DNA of 20,000 nucleotides. It comes from an uncultured virus (IMG/VR IMGVR_UViG_3300030389_002306). Its lineage: Duplodnaviria > Heunggongvirae > Uroviricota > Caudoviricetes. Below are positions 1 to 9,347 of the stretch, one piece after another; position 1 is the first letter of the stretch, and the number at the start of each line of letters is the position of its first letter. The notes below the pieces were generated by a model. The model saw nothing but the letters and a program-made list of their open reading frames with translations. It was not told where the DNA came from and did not search any database. Made by a program: the position numbers and the translations under genes. The DNA is taken from the IMG/VR virus record IMGVR_UViG_3300030389_002306, positions 44,743-64,742 of that record. The stretch is one strand, 5' to 3'.

Positions 1-314
1 GCAGCAGCTGTAACTGCATCAGCCTTAGCTAATGACTCTTCAGCTTTTTCATTTTCTGCAGCAGATAAATCTTCTAATACAAATCCACCACTATTTACTA
101 ATGGATGATTTTGTAAAAATTTATATACTCTATTATCATACTCATCGTTAATATCTAATGCAACAATTGCACTAAACATTTCATAACCTGAAGATGGTTC
201 ACCATCCATATTCATTAGTGAAATTTTCTGTCCACCTCTGCCAGTGTAAGTTCCAAACTTTGCATAGTTAAACTTACCTGCATTCTTTGCTTTAATTAAT
301 ACCGTGTGTTTCAT
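1..314 (-). CDS. Conserved crAss-like head-module protein, partial (runs off the window edge)
   Basis: Not in the ORF track. ATG at 314 after an A-rich leader; open to position 1: MKHTVLIKAKNAGKFNYAKFGTYTGRGGQKISLMNMDGEPSSGYEMFSAIVALDINDEYDNRVYKFLQNHPLV... Lies downstream of the MCP, where crAss-like phages carry conserved structural genes. Confidence 0.7.
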   Translation of the reverse strand, partial: MKHTVLIKAKNAGKFNYAKFGTYTGRGGQKISLMNMDGEPSSGYEMFSAIVALDINDEYDNRVYKFLQNHPLVNSGGFVLEDLSAAENEKAEESLAKADAVTAA

Positions 315-340
315 TTTTATAAAATTTAAATTAATACTCC

Positions 341-544
341 CTATTGCGGTGGTAACTTCTTGCCTTTCTTTTCTTTAACAATCTTACCATTTTCTATCCA
401 AGTTTTATTACCTGAATGTGTATTCCATTTGAAGCCGCTTTGTCCTCCAATATAGAAATTTTCTTTATCTCTTTTTTTTGCTCTTTCTACCTGCTTTTCC
501 CAACCTTCTGGATCGATAGATTTATAATAATCAAATAAATTCAT
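341..544 (-). CDS. Small basic hypothetical protein (67 aa)
   Basis: Co-oriented ORF filling the gap, with TATATTTG 4 nt upstream of the ATG. Confidence 0.7.
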   Translation of the reverse strand: MNLFDYYKSIDPEGWEKQVERAKKRDKENFYIGGQSGFKWNTHSGNKTWIENGKIVKEKKGKKLPPQ

Positions 545-548
545 ATTG

Positions 549-556
549 CAAATATA
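549..556 (-). promoter_or_regulatory. Bacteroidota-type -7 promoter element TATATTTG
   Basis: Exact TAnnTTTG match, intergenic, just downstream of a terminator-like hairpin. No -33 TTTG at canonical spacing. Confidence 0.65.
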
Positions 557-588
557 AGAATAATGGAGGGGACTAAGCCCCTCCGTTA
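556..588 (-). terminator. Intrinsic terminator-like hairpin ending the scaffold-MCP-decoration unit
   Basis: Minus strand GGAGGGG-CTTAGT-CCCCTCC (565-584) followed by ATTATTCTT, shortly after the stop at 601. Confidence 0.7.
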
Positions 589-600
589 CTCAAATTGTTA

Positions 601-1161
601 TTATGCAGAAGCACTTTCTACTAATAGAACAGTACCTATAGCAACTTGCGTATATCCGCTTAAGTGCCAGTTTACACCATCACATAAAAGTGACATTCTT
701 AAACCTTCAGTATTTTGATCTACTGAGCCATCTACAGTAATTTTAGACAATCCATCAAAATCATCTACAGTACTATTAGCACCACCAGTTACAATATATC
801 CGTAGATATCAGTTGCATCTAAACCAGTTGTAATTATGAAATCAGCATCATCATCGCAGTTAGCTGTAATAATAAAATCATAATATACACCAGCTGAACT
901 AGCAGCGGCAGGTAAAGTTAAAGTCACATTGTTATCAACAGCAGACATATCAATGGTAAATAAGTTACCAGACTCTACAGTTGTTAATTGTCTAGTTACA
1001 GCAGCAACATTATTAATTGCTTCTACTGGTCTAGCCAATCTCATGTGTGGCGTAAATTTCGCCTCTTCGCCAGCAGCTAAAGATCCATTTGATACATCTG
1101 TACCAACTGTAAAATTCTTAACTGCTGTACGCAATTTATTAAAATCAAATTTCAAAGCCAT
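601..1161 (-). CDS. Putative capsid decoration/auxiliary structural protein (186 aa)
   Basis: Beta-rich, T/A/G/D-rich, with a 'VTLTLPAA...G..Y.FI' pattern and C-terminal 'CDGVNW' typical of phage decoration/fibre beta-sandwich domains. Two genes downstream of MCP. Confidence 0.55.
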   Translation of the reverse strand: MALKFDFNKLRTAVKNFTVGTDVSNGSLAAGEEAKFTPHMRLARPVEAINNVAAVTRQLTTVESGNLFTIDMSAVDNNVTLTLPAAASSAGVYYDFIITANCDDDADFIITTGLDATDIYGYIVTGGANSTVDDFDGLSKITVDGSVDQNTEGLRMSLLCDGVNWHLSGYTQVAIGTVLLVESASA

Positions 1162-1240
1162 TTCTATTTATTTTAAAAGTTAATAATTAAGGTATTACCG
1201 TTTAAGCTTCTCTTCCGTTAATACCAGTTAAATTCAGTTA

Positions 1241-1546
1241 TTAAGAGTGAGTGATAGCATCTATACCATCAATTCCGTCAACACCAAACACGCTGTTAAC
1301 ATCATCTGCTACGGTGATAACACCTACGCCTGATAGTACAAGTCTACTTAACTCCTTAACCACATTAGCTTGTTTTGCAACAGCAACACTTAATGTTACT
1401 TTTTTAAAACCGCCAGCAGCATCAACAAAGTCTACAACTACAGTAGATGTATCAGTTTCACTTCTAATAGCATTAATTCTATCTGAATCTACAGAAAGCT
1501 GATCATTTGCAGCATCCTGAAAATATAAAAAACATCTATTTGCCAT
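1241..1546 (-). CDS. Small putative virion (auxiliary capsid) protein, 101 aa
   Basis: Start moved from 1588 to the ATG at 1546 (MANRCFLYFQD...), which removes the overlap with the MCP stop at 1564. A/V/D-rich, directly after MCP. Confidence 0.6.
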   Translation of the reverse strand: MANRCFLYFQDAANDQLSVDSDRINAIRSETDTSTVVVDFVDAAGGFKKVTLSVAVAKQANVVKELSRLVLSGVGVITVADDVNSVFGVDGIDGIDAITHS

Positions 1547-1563
1547 AATATAAAAGTATTGTA

Positions 1564-3129
1564 TTATGCTGCGGAAAGGATTCCACAAGATAATGGGTTA
1601 CGAACTATAATTCCAGACTCAGATAAAACGTGAGCTTCAAACTTATCATCAGCATTTGCAGCCATCATAGATGATTGATCGTATGGATTAATCATACCAG
1701 CTACATACTTTTTGATAAATGAACGGTTAGATCCTTCAGCTCCTTTAGTAACAAGCTCGATGTTAGAAACACCACTTGTTCTACCGAAATCAAGGAATAC
1801 CATTTTAGCAGACTCTTTTAATCTGTTGTCACCAAATGCATTTGAACCAGCTGCAGTTGAGTGCAAGTTCTGATCATCAAATACAGGACAGTAAGCAATA
1901 GTAATTTTGTTTCCTAAAGCCATGTAAGATGTGAAGTTAGCACCAAGCTGAACATCACCATTTACACCAACCATAGAACCACCAGTAAATGATCCAGAAG
2001 GAGCAATTACTAATTCTTTCATTGCTTTGTGGAAAGCCAAACGACCTTCAGTTCCAGTAAATACAACGAACTCATTCCCTTCAGACTGAGTAGTATTTAA
2101 AGATAACTTAGCCAAGAACTCAGTAATGATGTCTTCAGTTAAAGCACCTAATGTATAAGTAGCTTGGTTAGAAGAATCTATTTGAGCTAATAGACCATCA
2201 CCTGTTACAATTGAAGAACTTTGTACGCCAGACAAACCTGAAAGCGAAGAAGTTATAGCGCCTGGTCTTTGAACAGTAGTATCTGTAATAGATGTTCTAC
2301 CATACCAACGCTGTAATTCTTGCTGATACATAAATTCGTCCATCATCATTTGTTCTTTAGTAAAGTACCATAAACGATGTCCATTATTTTCAATCCACAT
2401 AATGTCAGTAATATCTTTACCAGTTACAGAAATCTTCTTACGAGAAGTCGTAAGGTAGTTTTTGTAAGTAGAAGGATATACATAATTTTCACCTACATCA
2501 GCTCCATTAGAACCGTTAGGGAAAGCAGAACCAATAGAAGCAAAGATAGCATCTGCGTGCACATCTGTTAATTGTAGTGGGTTTGCAGTAGCATCAATCA
2601 ATTCGATTTTGACATCGTAAGATGCAGCAGTTACAGCAATACCACCATTAGCAGCAGCTTGTGCAGCTGAAGGAGTTGGATCTTCTAATACAAGACCAAC
2701 AGCTCCAGATTGGAATCTGATCATATCAAATTTGTTCAAGAAGTTTGGTGTACGACCTGAAGTGTCACCATCACCTCTTAAATAGATAACGTCTCCGTCA
2801 GCGTCAGCAGCAGCTACCGCAGTACCTGATACAGATGCAGCACCTGATCCAGCAGTTGATCCTACAAATGTAACACCATCTGTAGAAATCCAACCAGCTG
2901 AGAATGTTGGAGCGTTATAACGTCCCATAACTTTCCACTCAAAAGAGTTATCGCCTAGGACTTTTTCACTTGCAAAACGACCTGTTCTTTCCATAAGATA
3001 AGTCGCTGAGTAACGAGGATACTGTTGAATCAACGTTCTTGCAATCTCTGGGTATTGCAATAGTGCTGTGTTCAAGGCATTCTCGGGAGTAGTTCCAGAA
3101 CCATAAGTTCCAGTATACAATTTAGCCAT
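1564..3129 (-). CDS. Major capsid protein, crAss-like (521 aa)
   Basis: Order TerL-portal-acidic protein-this gene; size; motifs FEWKVMG, NYLTTSRKKISVTG, VFTGTEG, C-terminal ESGIIVRNPLSCG; long A-rich leader. Confidence 0.88.
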   Translation of the reverse strand: MAKLYTGTYGSGTTPENALNTALLQYPEIARTLIQQYPRYSATYLMERTGRFASEKVLGDNSFEWKVMGRYNAPTFSAGWISTDGVTFVGSTAGSGAASVSGTAVAAADADGDVIYLRGDGDTSGRTPNFLNKFDMIRFQSGAVGLVLEDPTPSAAQAAANGGIAVTAASYDVKIELIDATANPLQLTDVHADAIFASIGSAFPNGSNGADVGENYVYPSTYKNYLTTSRKKISVTGKDITDIMWIENNGHRLWYFTKEQMMMDEFMYQQELQRWYGRTSITDTTVQRPGAITSSLSGLSGVQSSSIVTGDGLLAQIDSSNQATYTLGALTEDIITEFLAKLSLNTTQSEGNEFVVFTGTEGRLAFHKAMKELVIAPSGSFTGGSMVGVNGDVQLGANFTSYMALGNKITIAYCPVFDDQNLHSTAAGSNAFGDNRLKESAKMVFLDFGRTSGVSNIELVTKGAEGSNRSFIKKYVAGMINPYDQSSMMAANADDKFEAHVLSESGIIVRNPLSCGILSAA

Positions 3130-3217
3130 TTTTTTAAAAATTTAATTATTAAACACTATTTTAAATCCAGAGTAATTTTCACGTAACTTTGGGCATCGCC
3201 CGATTGTATTTGTAAAG

Positions 3218-4252
3218 TTACTCTCTCATAAACGCAGCAGGATCAAATCCACTCGACTTTGTACGAGTCGTTGGTCTTGTCTTGCTACTAAGACTAGGTG
3301 AGGTAATTTCATTTAATATTTTAGCCTTACCATCTTCTAGTCCTTGGGAGCGCAAAATCTTAGCAAACTTGTCTTTAAATAACATAAACATCGCTACCTC
3401 CGAAGCATTGTCGTGAGACTTCCAGATGTCTTCTGCCATTTTACCAGACGTTATATACTTATAAGCATCTTGCGCTTGACTTTTAGTCACTGTACCACCC
3501 ATAAATGTTTGTAGTGATTTTAAGTGACTTTGTAATTCTTTTTTATTTCTCTCTACTTTTTCTTTATTAGTCAACTCTTCTTGTTGCTTTTCTTTCAAGA
3601 ATTTTTGTTTCTCTTGTTCAATAGCATTATTAAGTTGTCTTCTAATTCTATAAGCTTCTCTTTTTAAAACACCAGAATCTTCCATCTTATCAATAGCTTC
3701 TTCTATTTCAAAGTCTTCCATTCCATCTGTTTTCATTTCAGCACCAATAAGTTCTCTATCGTTAAGATTTAGATAAGTATTTAACTTACTTATCATTTCA
3801 CTTTTTGGTTGATCTATGAATGGTGAGTTAAGAGCTTTAATTATTTCATCTTTACCATTTGCACTAATACCTAATTCTTTAGATACTCTTGCCCAATCTA
3901 TCTCTCCAGATTCTTCAACGCTTTCATTCTTCGTATCAGGCTGTGCTTCAGCAGGGGCATCCCAATCTTCGTCAGCTTCTTGGACTGCCTCTTCTTGTTT
4001 CTCAACTTCAATGTTGTCCCAAGAAAAATTATCAGCATTTTCAGTTTCTTCAACTTCTTCCGTAGTTGCTTCTGCTTTGTCTGCTGCTTCTTCATTGTAC
4101 TTGCCTTGAAATTGTTCCATCATTTGATCTGTAGCAAATGCTAATGGATCAAACTTTTTTTCTTCAGTTGATTCAACTGTAGTTTCTGTTTGTGTTTCTT
4201 GAGATGTTTCTTGTGTTGTCTCTTCTACTAAGTTTGTTTGTTCTTCTGCCAT
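3218..4252 (-). CDS. Acidic putative scaffolding protein (conserved gene between portal and MCP)
   Basis: Very E/T-rich disordered N-terminus and coiled-coil C-terminal half; canonical scaffold position. Confidence 0.65.
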   Translation of the reverse strand: MAEEQTNLVEETTQETSQETQTETTVESTEEKKFDPLAFATDQMMEQFQGKYNEEAADKAEATTEEVEETENADNFSWDNIEVEKQEEAVQEADEDWDAPAEAQPDTKNESVEESGEIDWARVSKELGISANGKDEIIKALNSPFIDQPKSEMISKLNTYLNLNDRELIGAEMKTDGMEDFEIEEAIDKMEDSGVLKREAYRIRRQLNNAIEQEKQKFLKEKQQEELTNKEKVERNKKELQSHLKSLQTFMGGTVTKSQAQDAYKYITSGKMAEDIWKSHDNASEVAMFMLFKDKFAKILRSQGLEDGKAKILNEITSPSLSSKTRPTTRTKSSGFDPAAFMRE

Positions 4253-4278
4253 AATTTAAAATTTTTGTCCCTAATTTG

Positions 4279-4286
4279 CAAATATA
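4279..4286 (-). promoter_or_regulatory. -7 promoter element TATATTTG driving scaffold/MCP genes
   Basis: Exact TAnnTTTG directly after the portal stop and 26 nt upstream of the scaffold ATG. Confidence 0.7.
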
Positions 4287-6587
4287 CTAAGAATTTTTAA
4301 TAATATCTTGTATCCTTTTTTTACGCTGAGGTGATACTTCTCTTGCCTCTGCTTCAGATTGTGCTTTGGATAAGTTAGCCTTTGCATCATTCTGTGCTTT
4401 TTCCTTCAAAAAGATTTGTTTGTTTTTAACAACATGCGCAACATCTGATGTATCTCGTGCAAGATCATCTTTCATATCAGCAATCTTCATATCAGCTTCA
4501 GCTTGAATTGTAGCAACTTGTACTTTACCTTGATTTTTCATTTCTTCAATCTGTAGGTTTCTTTGATGTTCAGCTTCGCTAGCTTGCGCTTGAGCTTCCA
4601 TCATCGCTTGTTGTTGCTGTGCTTGTTCAGCTTGTTGTTTCTTAACTTCATCCATAGCTCTTTCAAGTATGTGTTCAGCTTCTGTAAATGTATCAGCTTT
4701 CAATACTTTAATAATGTCAAGTAGCGTAGCTTGTCCACCTTGTAATGCGGCTTGTGCAATACCTTGCAACTGCTGACGCATAGCATCGTCTTTACCTGCA
4801 TCACCAACATAAATACCAAAGTCATTTAGTCTGATGTCTGGAAATATAGATAGAAACTTAAACGCACCATCTCCTAATATGTAAGATGCTTTCTTACCAT
4901 TAGCCCAGCATACCTTCATTAAATCACACACTCTTTCAAACACTCGTTTCTTAACCATAGCGTGTGAGTAGAATAAACTTTCTGTTATAGTAGCAGATTG
5001 TACAACACTACGCTGCACATTACCTACATATTCGTATTGTCCTACTGCACCTTCACGCTGAGGTGATACACCAGATATTTGTCCTGCAGTTTGCTCTAAC
5101 ATCAATTTAAGATTGATAAGCTGTTGTACAGAATTAGAAAGTGTAAAATCAATTTGTTGGAATTGATTGAATGATGCTAGCTGATTACCTTCTTCTTTAG
5201 AATTGATAGGTATAATACCATCTGTTTTTAAATGATACAATACAGTTTGCATATCCATACCAAGATTAGTAGGTAGTTGTGATACATCATACACCACAGC
5301 TTTACCACCTGAACGAGCCATAGCAAGTTCTATTTGATACATAACTATATTGTAAAGCATCTGTATATTCTTAAGCAAATCTACCATAGATATAGATCTA
5401 CCAGTAGTATTATTTCTAACACAACCTACATATGATAGTGATGTAGAACCAGCATCATCTACTGAACGAACTTGATTAGGTCTTCGTCTAGCTTGTACTA
5501 ATATCTTACCACCAATTTTAGTAGCCTCCCATATATCATCCACATATCTTGTAACTATTTCTTCATTACGTCTAGGTGAATAATCATCAGGCACTTGTTT
5601 CATAAATGGTCTTTCAGGATTAAATTTATTTTCTGATACTTTAAATTTAAGAGCCTTAATAGATTTCCATTCTACTGATACTACGCGTATCTTTACCTCT
5701 TGTCCTTCTTGATAGTCAATCCAATCAAATGGATCGTTGTATCTAGCTAAATCATCATAGCCACCTATTTGATACATAGCTGACAACTCTTCAAGTTGCT
5801 CTCTATCCAACTCATCTCTAAACTCATCTAGTATTTCACTATACGATAAGTAGCGTTCTTCGCCTACCCAAGATGAATCATCCAAGTAATCTGATGATGC
5901 ATTTATTTCATATACTATATTTCTAGGATCTACTCGTCTAACAAATGGATCACCATTGCGATCGTATACCCTAAAAAATTCTTTACCAGTTACAAGCATA
6001 TCTCTAAAGCCTTCTTTGAATAAATCTCTATAGTTATACTTTTGTATTAAATACTCTAAACCATCTTGTGCAGTTTCTTCTACCATCTCACGATAGTTAT
6101 ATCGCATGTACAAGTCTATATCTTCTGGTACTTCCATTTCTGTAATCTCAGGTAACTCGATGCCAACAGAATCTTTGAACTCTTGATGTATCTCTTCGGT
6201 AAGTTTTTTCATTATAAGATTTACCTTAACATCTTCTTTTCTTAGTACAGCTTCTTTGTTAGTAGTTGATACCTTTACATCTAACGGTCTTCTTAAATCT
6301 TCACCTACAAGCAAGTCAATCTTTGGTGATATAATTGGATAGTTAACTAGTCGAGCTGGATATGCCATCCCATACTGCTCTGTTATATATTTAAAATCTT
6401 CTAAATCTAAAGTGCCGTTGTATATGTTGTAGTTTTGTATATCGTTTAGTCTTGAATTTTTATAAGGCGATTCTACATACGACATGTAGGCTACTACTGC
6501 ATTTACCCATTGATTTGCCCACTCTTCTGTTTTTTCTGACTCCAACACAAACTGTGGTGGAAATGATGATTGACTTGAATTGTACAT
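4287..6587 (-). CDS. Portal protein, crAss-like (766 aa)
   Basis: NYPIISPKIDLLVGE, DIWEATKIG and ISGVSPQREG motifs; Q/A-rich C-terminal coiled coil; TAATG overlap with TerL. Confidence 0.88.
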   Translation of the reverse strand: MYNSSQSSFPPQFVLESEKTEEWANQWVNAVVAYMSYVESPYKNSRLNDIQNYNIYNGTLDLEDFKYITEQYGMAYPARLVNYPIISPKIDLLVGEDLRRPLDVKVSTTNKEAVLRKEDVKVNLIMKKLTEEIHQEFKDSVGIELPEITEMEVPEDIDLYMRYNYREMVEETAQDGLEYLIQKYNYRDLFKEGFRDMLVTGKEFFRVYDRNGDPFVRRVDPRNIVYEINASSDYLDDSSWVGEERYLSYSEILDEFRDELDREQLEELSAMYQIGGYDDLARYNDPFDWIDYQEGQEVKIRVVSVEWKSIKALKFKVSENKFNPERPFMKQVPDDYSPRRNEEIVTRYVDDIWEATKIGGKILVQARRRPNQVRSVDDAGSTSLSYVGCVRNNTTGRSISMVDLLKNIQMLYNIVMYQIELAMARSGGKAVVYDVSQLPTNLGMDMQTVLYHLKTDGIIPINSKEEGNQLASFNQFQQIDFTLSNSVQQLINLKLMLEQTAGQISGVSPQREGAVGQYEYVGNVQRSVVQSATITESLFYSHAMVKKRVFERVCDLMKVCWANGKKASYILGDGAFKFLSIFPDIRLNDFGIYVGDAGKDDAMRQQLQGIAQAALQGGQATLLDIIKVLKADTFTEAEHILERAMDEVKKQQAEQAQQQQAMMEAQAQASEAEHQRNLQIEEMKNQGKVQVATIQAEADMKIADMKDDLARDTSDVAHVVKNKQIFLKEKAQNDAKANLSKAQSEAEAREVSPQRKKRIQDIIKNS

Positions 6588-8407
6588 TATCTAATTAATT
6601 TTGGTACTCCGTTTCTGTCTAACTTATAATACTTAAAACCTATGTCCGCTTCTTCTGCCTGCACCTCTTTTGCTTGTATTCTATAATTATCTACATTATG
6701 AATCAAACATAAACCAAACGCAATAGCTCGGTCTGTGTTTCTGGTTCCATAATTTGCTAGTTCATCTATCAAATCTAAAAACCAAATATCCTCAGCATTC
6801 TCTCTAATGTAATCATCCATTAAATCCTCCATTAAAGATTTTACCTGTTTATTCATATGCACCCCATACCTGTTCCTAGTTTTAGTTCCAGGATTATGCG
6901 CAGACTCAGGTTTTTCTTTTAAATACTTCAAAGCATTCATTCTTTTAAAATAATCAAGAATGCCTATTTTAGTATATTCCACTAACATTTTAGCATTATA
7001 ATACATAGCTAATTTCAAACAACCATCCCAAAAATCTTCTTTTTTTTCTGGTCTATCTGTGTATTCCGCTACGACATAATCACTAGCATATTCCGTGTTT
7101 ACAAATCTACGATAAATTATTGCACTTCCCAAAGAGTCTGATGCACCTGCTTTATCTTGATCATATGAGTCAATACCACCTATATCTAAATCTTTATATT
7201 CTGGTGCTGGATGTTCTAAAATTTTATATGGACCATCAGGATGTGGTCGCCATCTTACCATAAAGTTTTCTTCATTATCAAAATCCCAATCCAAGTATCC
7301 TGACTGCACTTGACTTCTATAATCTTTGCTAGCTAGTATTCTAGATCTTTGTGCATTTAATAAAGAGTTATTAAATCTAGCTGTCTTAGTGTTTAAAAAT
7401 GCTTCTTGTATAGTTAACGGATAGTTTTGTATATGCAGGTTATATGCATCTCTATCACCTGAGTTTGTTATTGTTTCTCTTTCTTCTAACAATACTGACT
7501 CTGCTTCTTTAACTTTTTCTTCGCCTGTGCTAATATCAAAGTATCCGTAATATGCTCTTGAAGCTGGAATAAACATAGGTATAAGATTATAAGCTTCTGC
7601 TTCATAATACATATCCATAAAGTCTTTTGATGCTTTACTTATATCACCACCTGTACCACCTACAACAGGAACTCCAAATTGTAAGTTACCATCCATAAAA
7701 CATGCTTTGGATGACATATATGCATTTTTTAAATGTTTAAACTCACCAGCCTCTTCAAATACCATAAGCGACACACGCTCACCTTTAAATACTTCTGGAT
7801 TATCCATTGTTCTGCATATTACTGTAGATTGATATCCACCAACCTCCCACTTACCATCTTTGTTCTTTTGTTTATATCCAGAACGAAGTATACCATCTGT
7901 ATCTTTTAGTATAGAATGTTTAAAGTTAGGATGCAATCCATTCAATCCTTTTTTGGTTTTGTCAAAAAATGCATCAGCTGTAGCTTGTAAACCTGCAGCT
8001 ATACCTACATCATTAAACGGAAAGAATGTATATTCGTGTGCTATCATACCAGAGTTCATGTAACTAAACCCTTTGTCCCTAGCTTTAATAACAATCATAC
8101 CCTTACCTTCATCTTTGCAAGTTTGAAACAAATCAAAGTATTCATGGTCCATCTGTCTATACCAAGGACTAATTAAAGTTTTACGAGATCCTTTAGTACC
8201 ATCATTACCAAGTATTTTATAGTAGTTAAGATAAAAGTAATACTTGCCAGAAATTTTTTTCATTCCCTTTGGCTTGAATCCATTAATGCATCTATGAAGC
8301 TCTTGCTCCCAATATTCTTGATAAGCTACTGACTCAGGATTTAAATCAGGATGTCCATTGTTTACAACAGGTCTATATCTTTGTGGATCTTGTTTTGCTT
8401 TTGGCAT
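6587..8407 (-). CDS. terL: Terminase large subunit (606 aa)
   Basis: YYFYLNY motif, Walker A-like KARDKGFSY, Walker B MVFEEAG, coupling motif GGTGG, RNase H-like nuclease GGIDSYD...VEY...NTDR. Uninterrupted. Confidence 0.93.
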   Translation of the reverse strand: MPKAKQDPQRYRPVVNNGHPDLNPESVAYQEYWEQELHRCINGFKPKGMKKISGKYYFYLNYYKILGNDGTKGSRKTLISPWYRQMDHEYFDLFQTCKDEGKGMIVIKARDKGFSYMNSGMIAHEYTFFPFNDVGIAAGLQATADAFFDKTKKGLNGLHPNFKHSILKDTDGILRSGYKQKNKDGKWEVGGYQSTVICRTMDNPEVFKGERVSLMVFEEAGEFKHLKNAYMSSKACFMDGNLQFGVPVVGGTGGDISKASKDFMDMYYEAEAYNLIPMFIPASRAYYGYFDISTGEEKVKEAESVLLEERETITNSGDRDAYNLHIQNYPLTIQEAFLNTKTARFNNSLLNAQRSRILASKDYRSQVQSGYLDWDFDNEENFMVRWRPHPDGPYKILEHPAPEYKDLDIGGIDSYDQDKAGASDSLGSAIIYRRFVNTEYASDYVVAEYTDRPEKKEDFWDGCLKLAMYYNAKMLVEYTKIGILDYFKRMNALKYLKEKPESAHNPGTKTRNRYGVHMNKQVKSLMEDLMDDYIRENAEDIWFLDLIDELANYGTRNTDRAIAFGLCLIHNVDNYRIQAKEVQAEEADIGFKYYKLDRNGVPKLIR

Positions 8408-9127
8408 TTATCTTAATGTTAATGTTGCAGCTCTTGTTACGCCATCATTACATGTTACAAGAATATTTAAACTATAGCCAGTTTTTGGAGTGCCTTTGAC
8501 ATCAAACACCATAGATGTGTTAGCTGTTATTAATCCTTGACTTACTTTAGCTGTATTAGCTGTTATGGCATTAGCCTGTGCTGTTGTTATGGTTGTAGTA
8601 TCACCTTCTAATGCTTTGCCTGAAGTTGTTCCAAAACCAGGGAATGTAGCTTTAGCTGTATTAGCACTTATAGCGCTAGCTTGTGAACTCGATATTGTTG
8701 TTGTGTTACCTCTTAAGGCAGTATTAGAGCTATTTCCAAAGCCAGGAAAAGATTGAAAATTTCCTATCGCATTATCTAATCTTTGTAGTTCAATTATTAA
8801 AGCTGCTATATTTGTAGCATTAGTATTGATAGCATTTACTTGAGATTGACTAGCTCCTACTGTATCATCAGAGCTATTAGTAGCAGATAGCACAAGCATA
8901 GTAAGTATAGATCTAAGATTTTCTAAATCTATTTCCTTATCATATGATTGTCTTCTACCTGAATAAAAAGTAGTTTGAAATAAGTCTTCAATAGCGTCTA
9001 AAAGCTCTGCTCTAGTTCTTTTATCGTCATCACCTGGCTCAACTTTAGTAAGGGTAACTCTAGGGACTTTAATTCTATGCGCACTTCTTACTGTGCTACT
9101 TTTATAATCTTTTTTGAAATTAGCCAT
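8408..9127 (-). CDS. Hypothetical fibre-like protein with two 35-aa 'FPGFG...ANTAK' repeats (239 aa)
   Basis: Coiled-coil segment followed by a tandem repeat; abuts the TerL start. Confidence 0.7.
   Translation of the reverse strand: MANFKKDYKSSTVRSAHRIKVPRVTLTKVEPGDDDKRTRAELLDAIEDLFQTTFYSGRRQSYDKEIDLENLRSILTMLVLSATNSSDDTVGASQSQVNAINTNATNIAALIIELQRLDNAIGNFQSFPGFGNSSNTALRGNTTTISSSQASAISANTAKATFPGFGTTSGKALEGDTTTITTAQANAITANTAKVSQGLITANTSMVFDVKGTPKTGYSLNILVTCNDGVTRAATLTLR
8545..8749 (-). repeat. Intragenic tandem repeat, period 105 nt
   Basis: CTTTAGCTGTATTAGC occurs at 8545 and 8650. Peptides FPGFGNSSNTALRGNTTTISSSQASAISANTAK and FPGFGTTSGKALEGDTTTITTAQANAITANTAK. Confidence 0.85.
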
Positions 9128-9347
9128 ACTTCTGCTTTTTATACCCTGCTATTTTACCTAAGCCAAAAGGATCGCGTGGATCTTCTTTGGCTTCTAACTT
9201 AGCATGATACTCTTCGTCTAAGTTCACACCGTGAATAGACTGAGAGTACCTGCTTAGTTCCTTTGCCTTTTTAAAGTCACCTTCTTTATATAATTTATTA
9301 AATCTATATCGAAGGTTTTGTAACTTTGGTGGCTGTTTTTTAGCCAT
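9120..9347 (-). CDS. Small basic hypothetical protein (75 aa)
   Basis: Overlaps both neighbours in the same orientation, consistent with translational coupling. Confidence 0.7.
   Translation of the reverse strand: MAKKQPPKLQNLRYRFNKLYKEGDFKKAKELSRYSQSIHGVNLDEEYHAKLEAKEDPRDPFGLGKIAGYKKQKYG

Noticed and set aside
3191..3201. GGGC-ATC-GCCC mini-hairpin in the MCP leader as a terminator
   Set aside because: Only 4 bp with no U tract on the coding strand; too weak to call.
1564..8407. Introns or inteins in TerL, portal or MCP
   Set aside because: ORFs are continuous, of expected size, with no intein or homing-endonuclease motifs visible.
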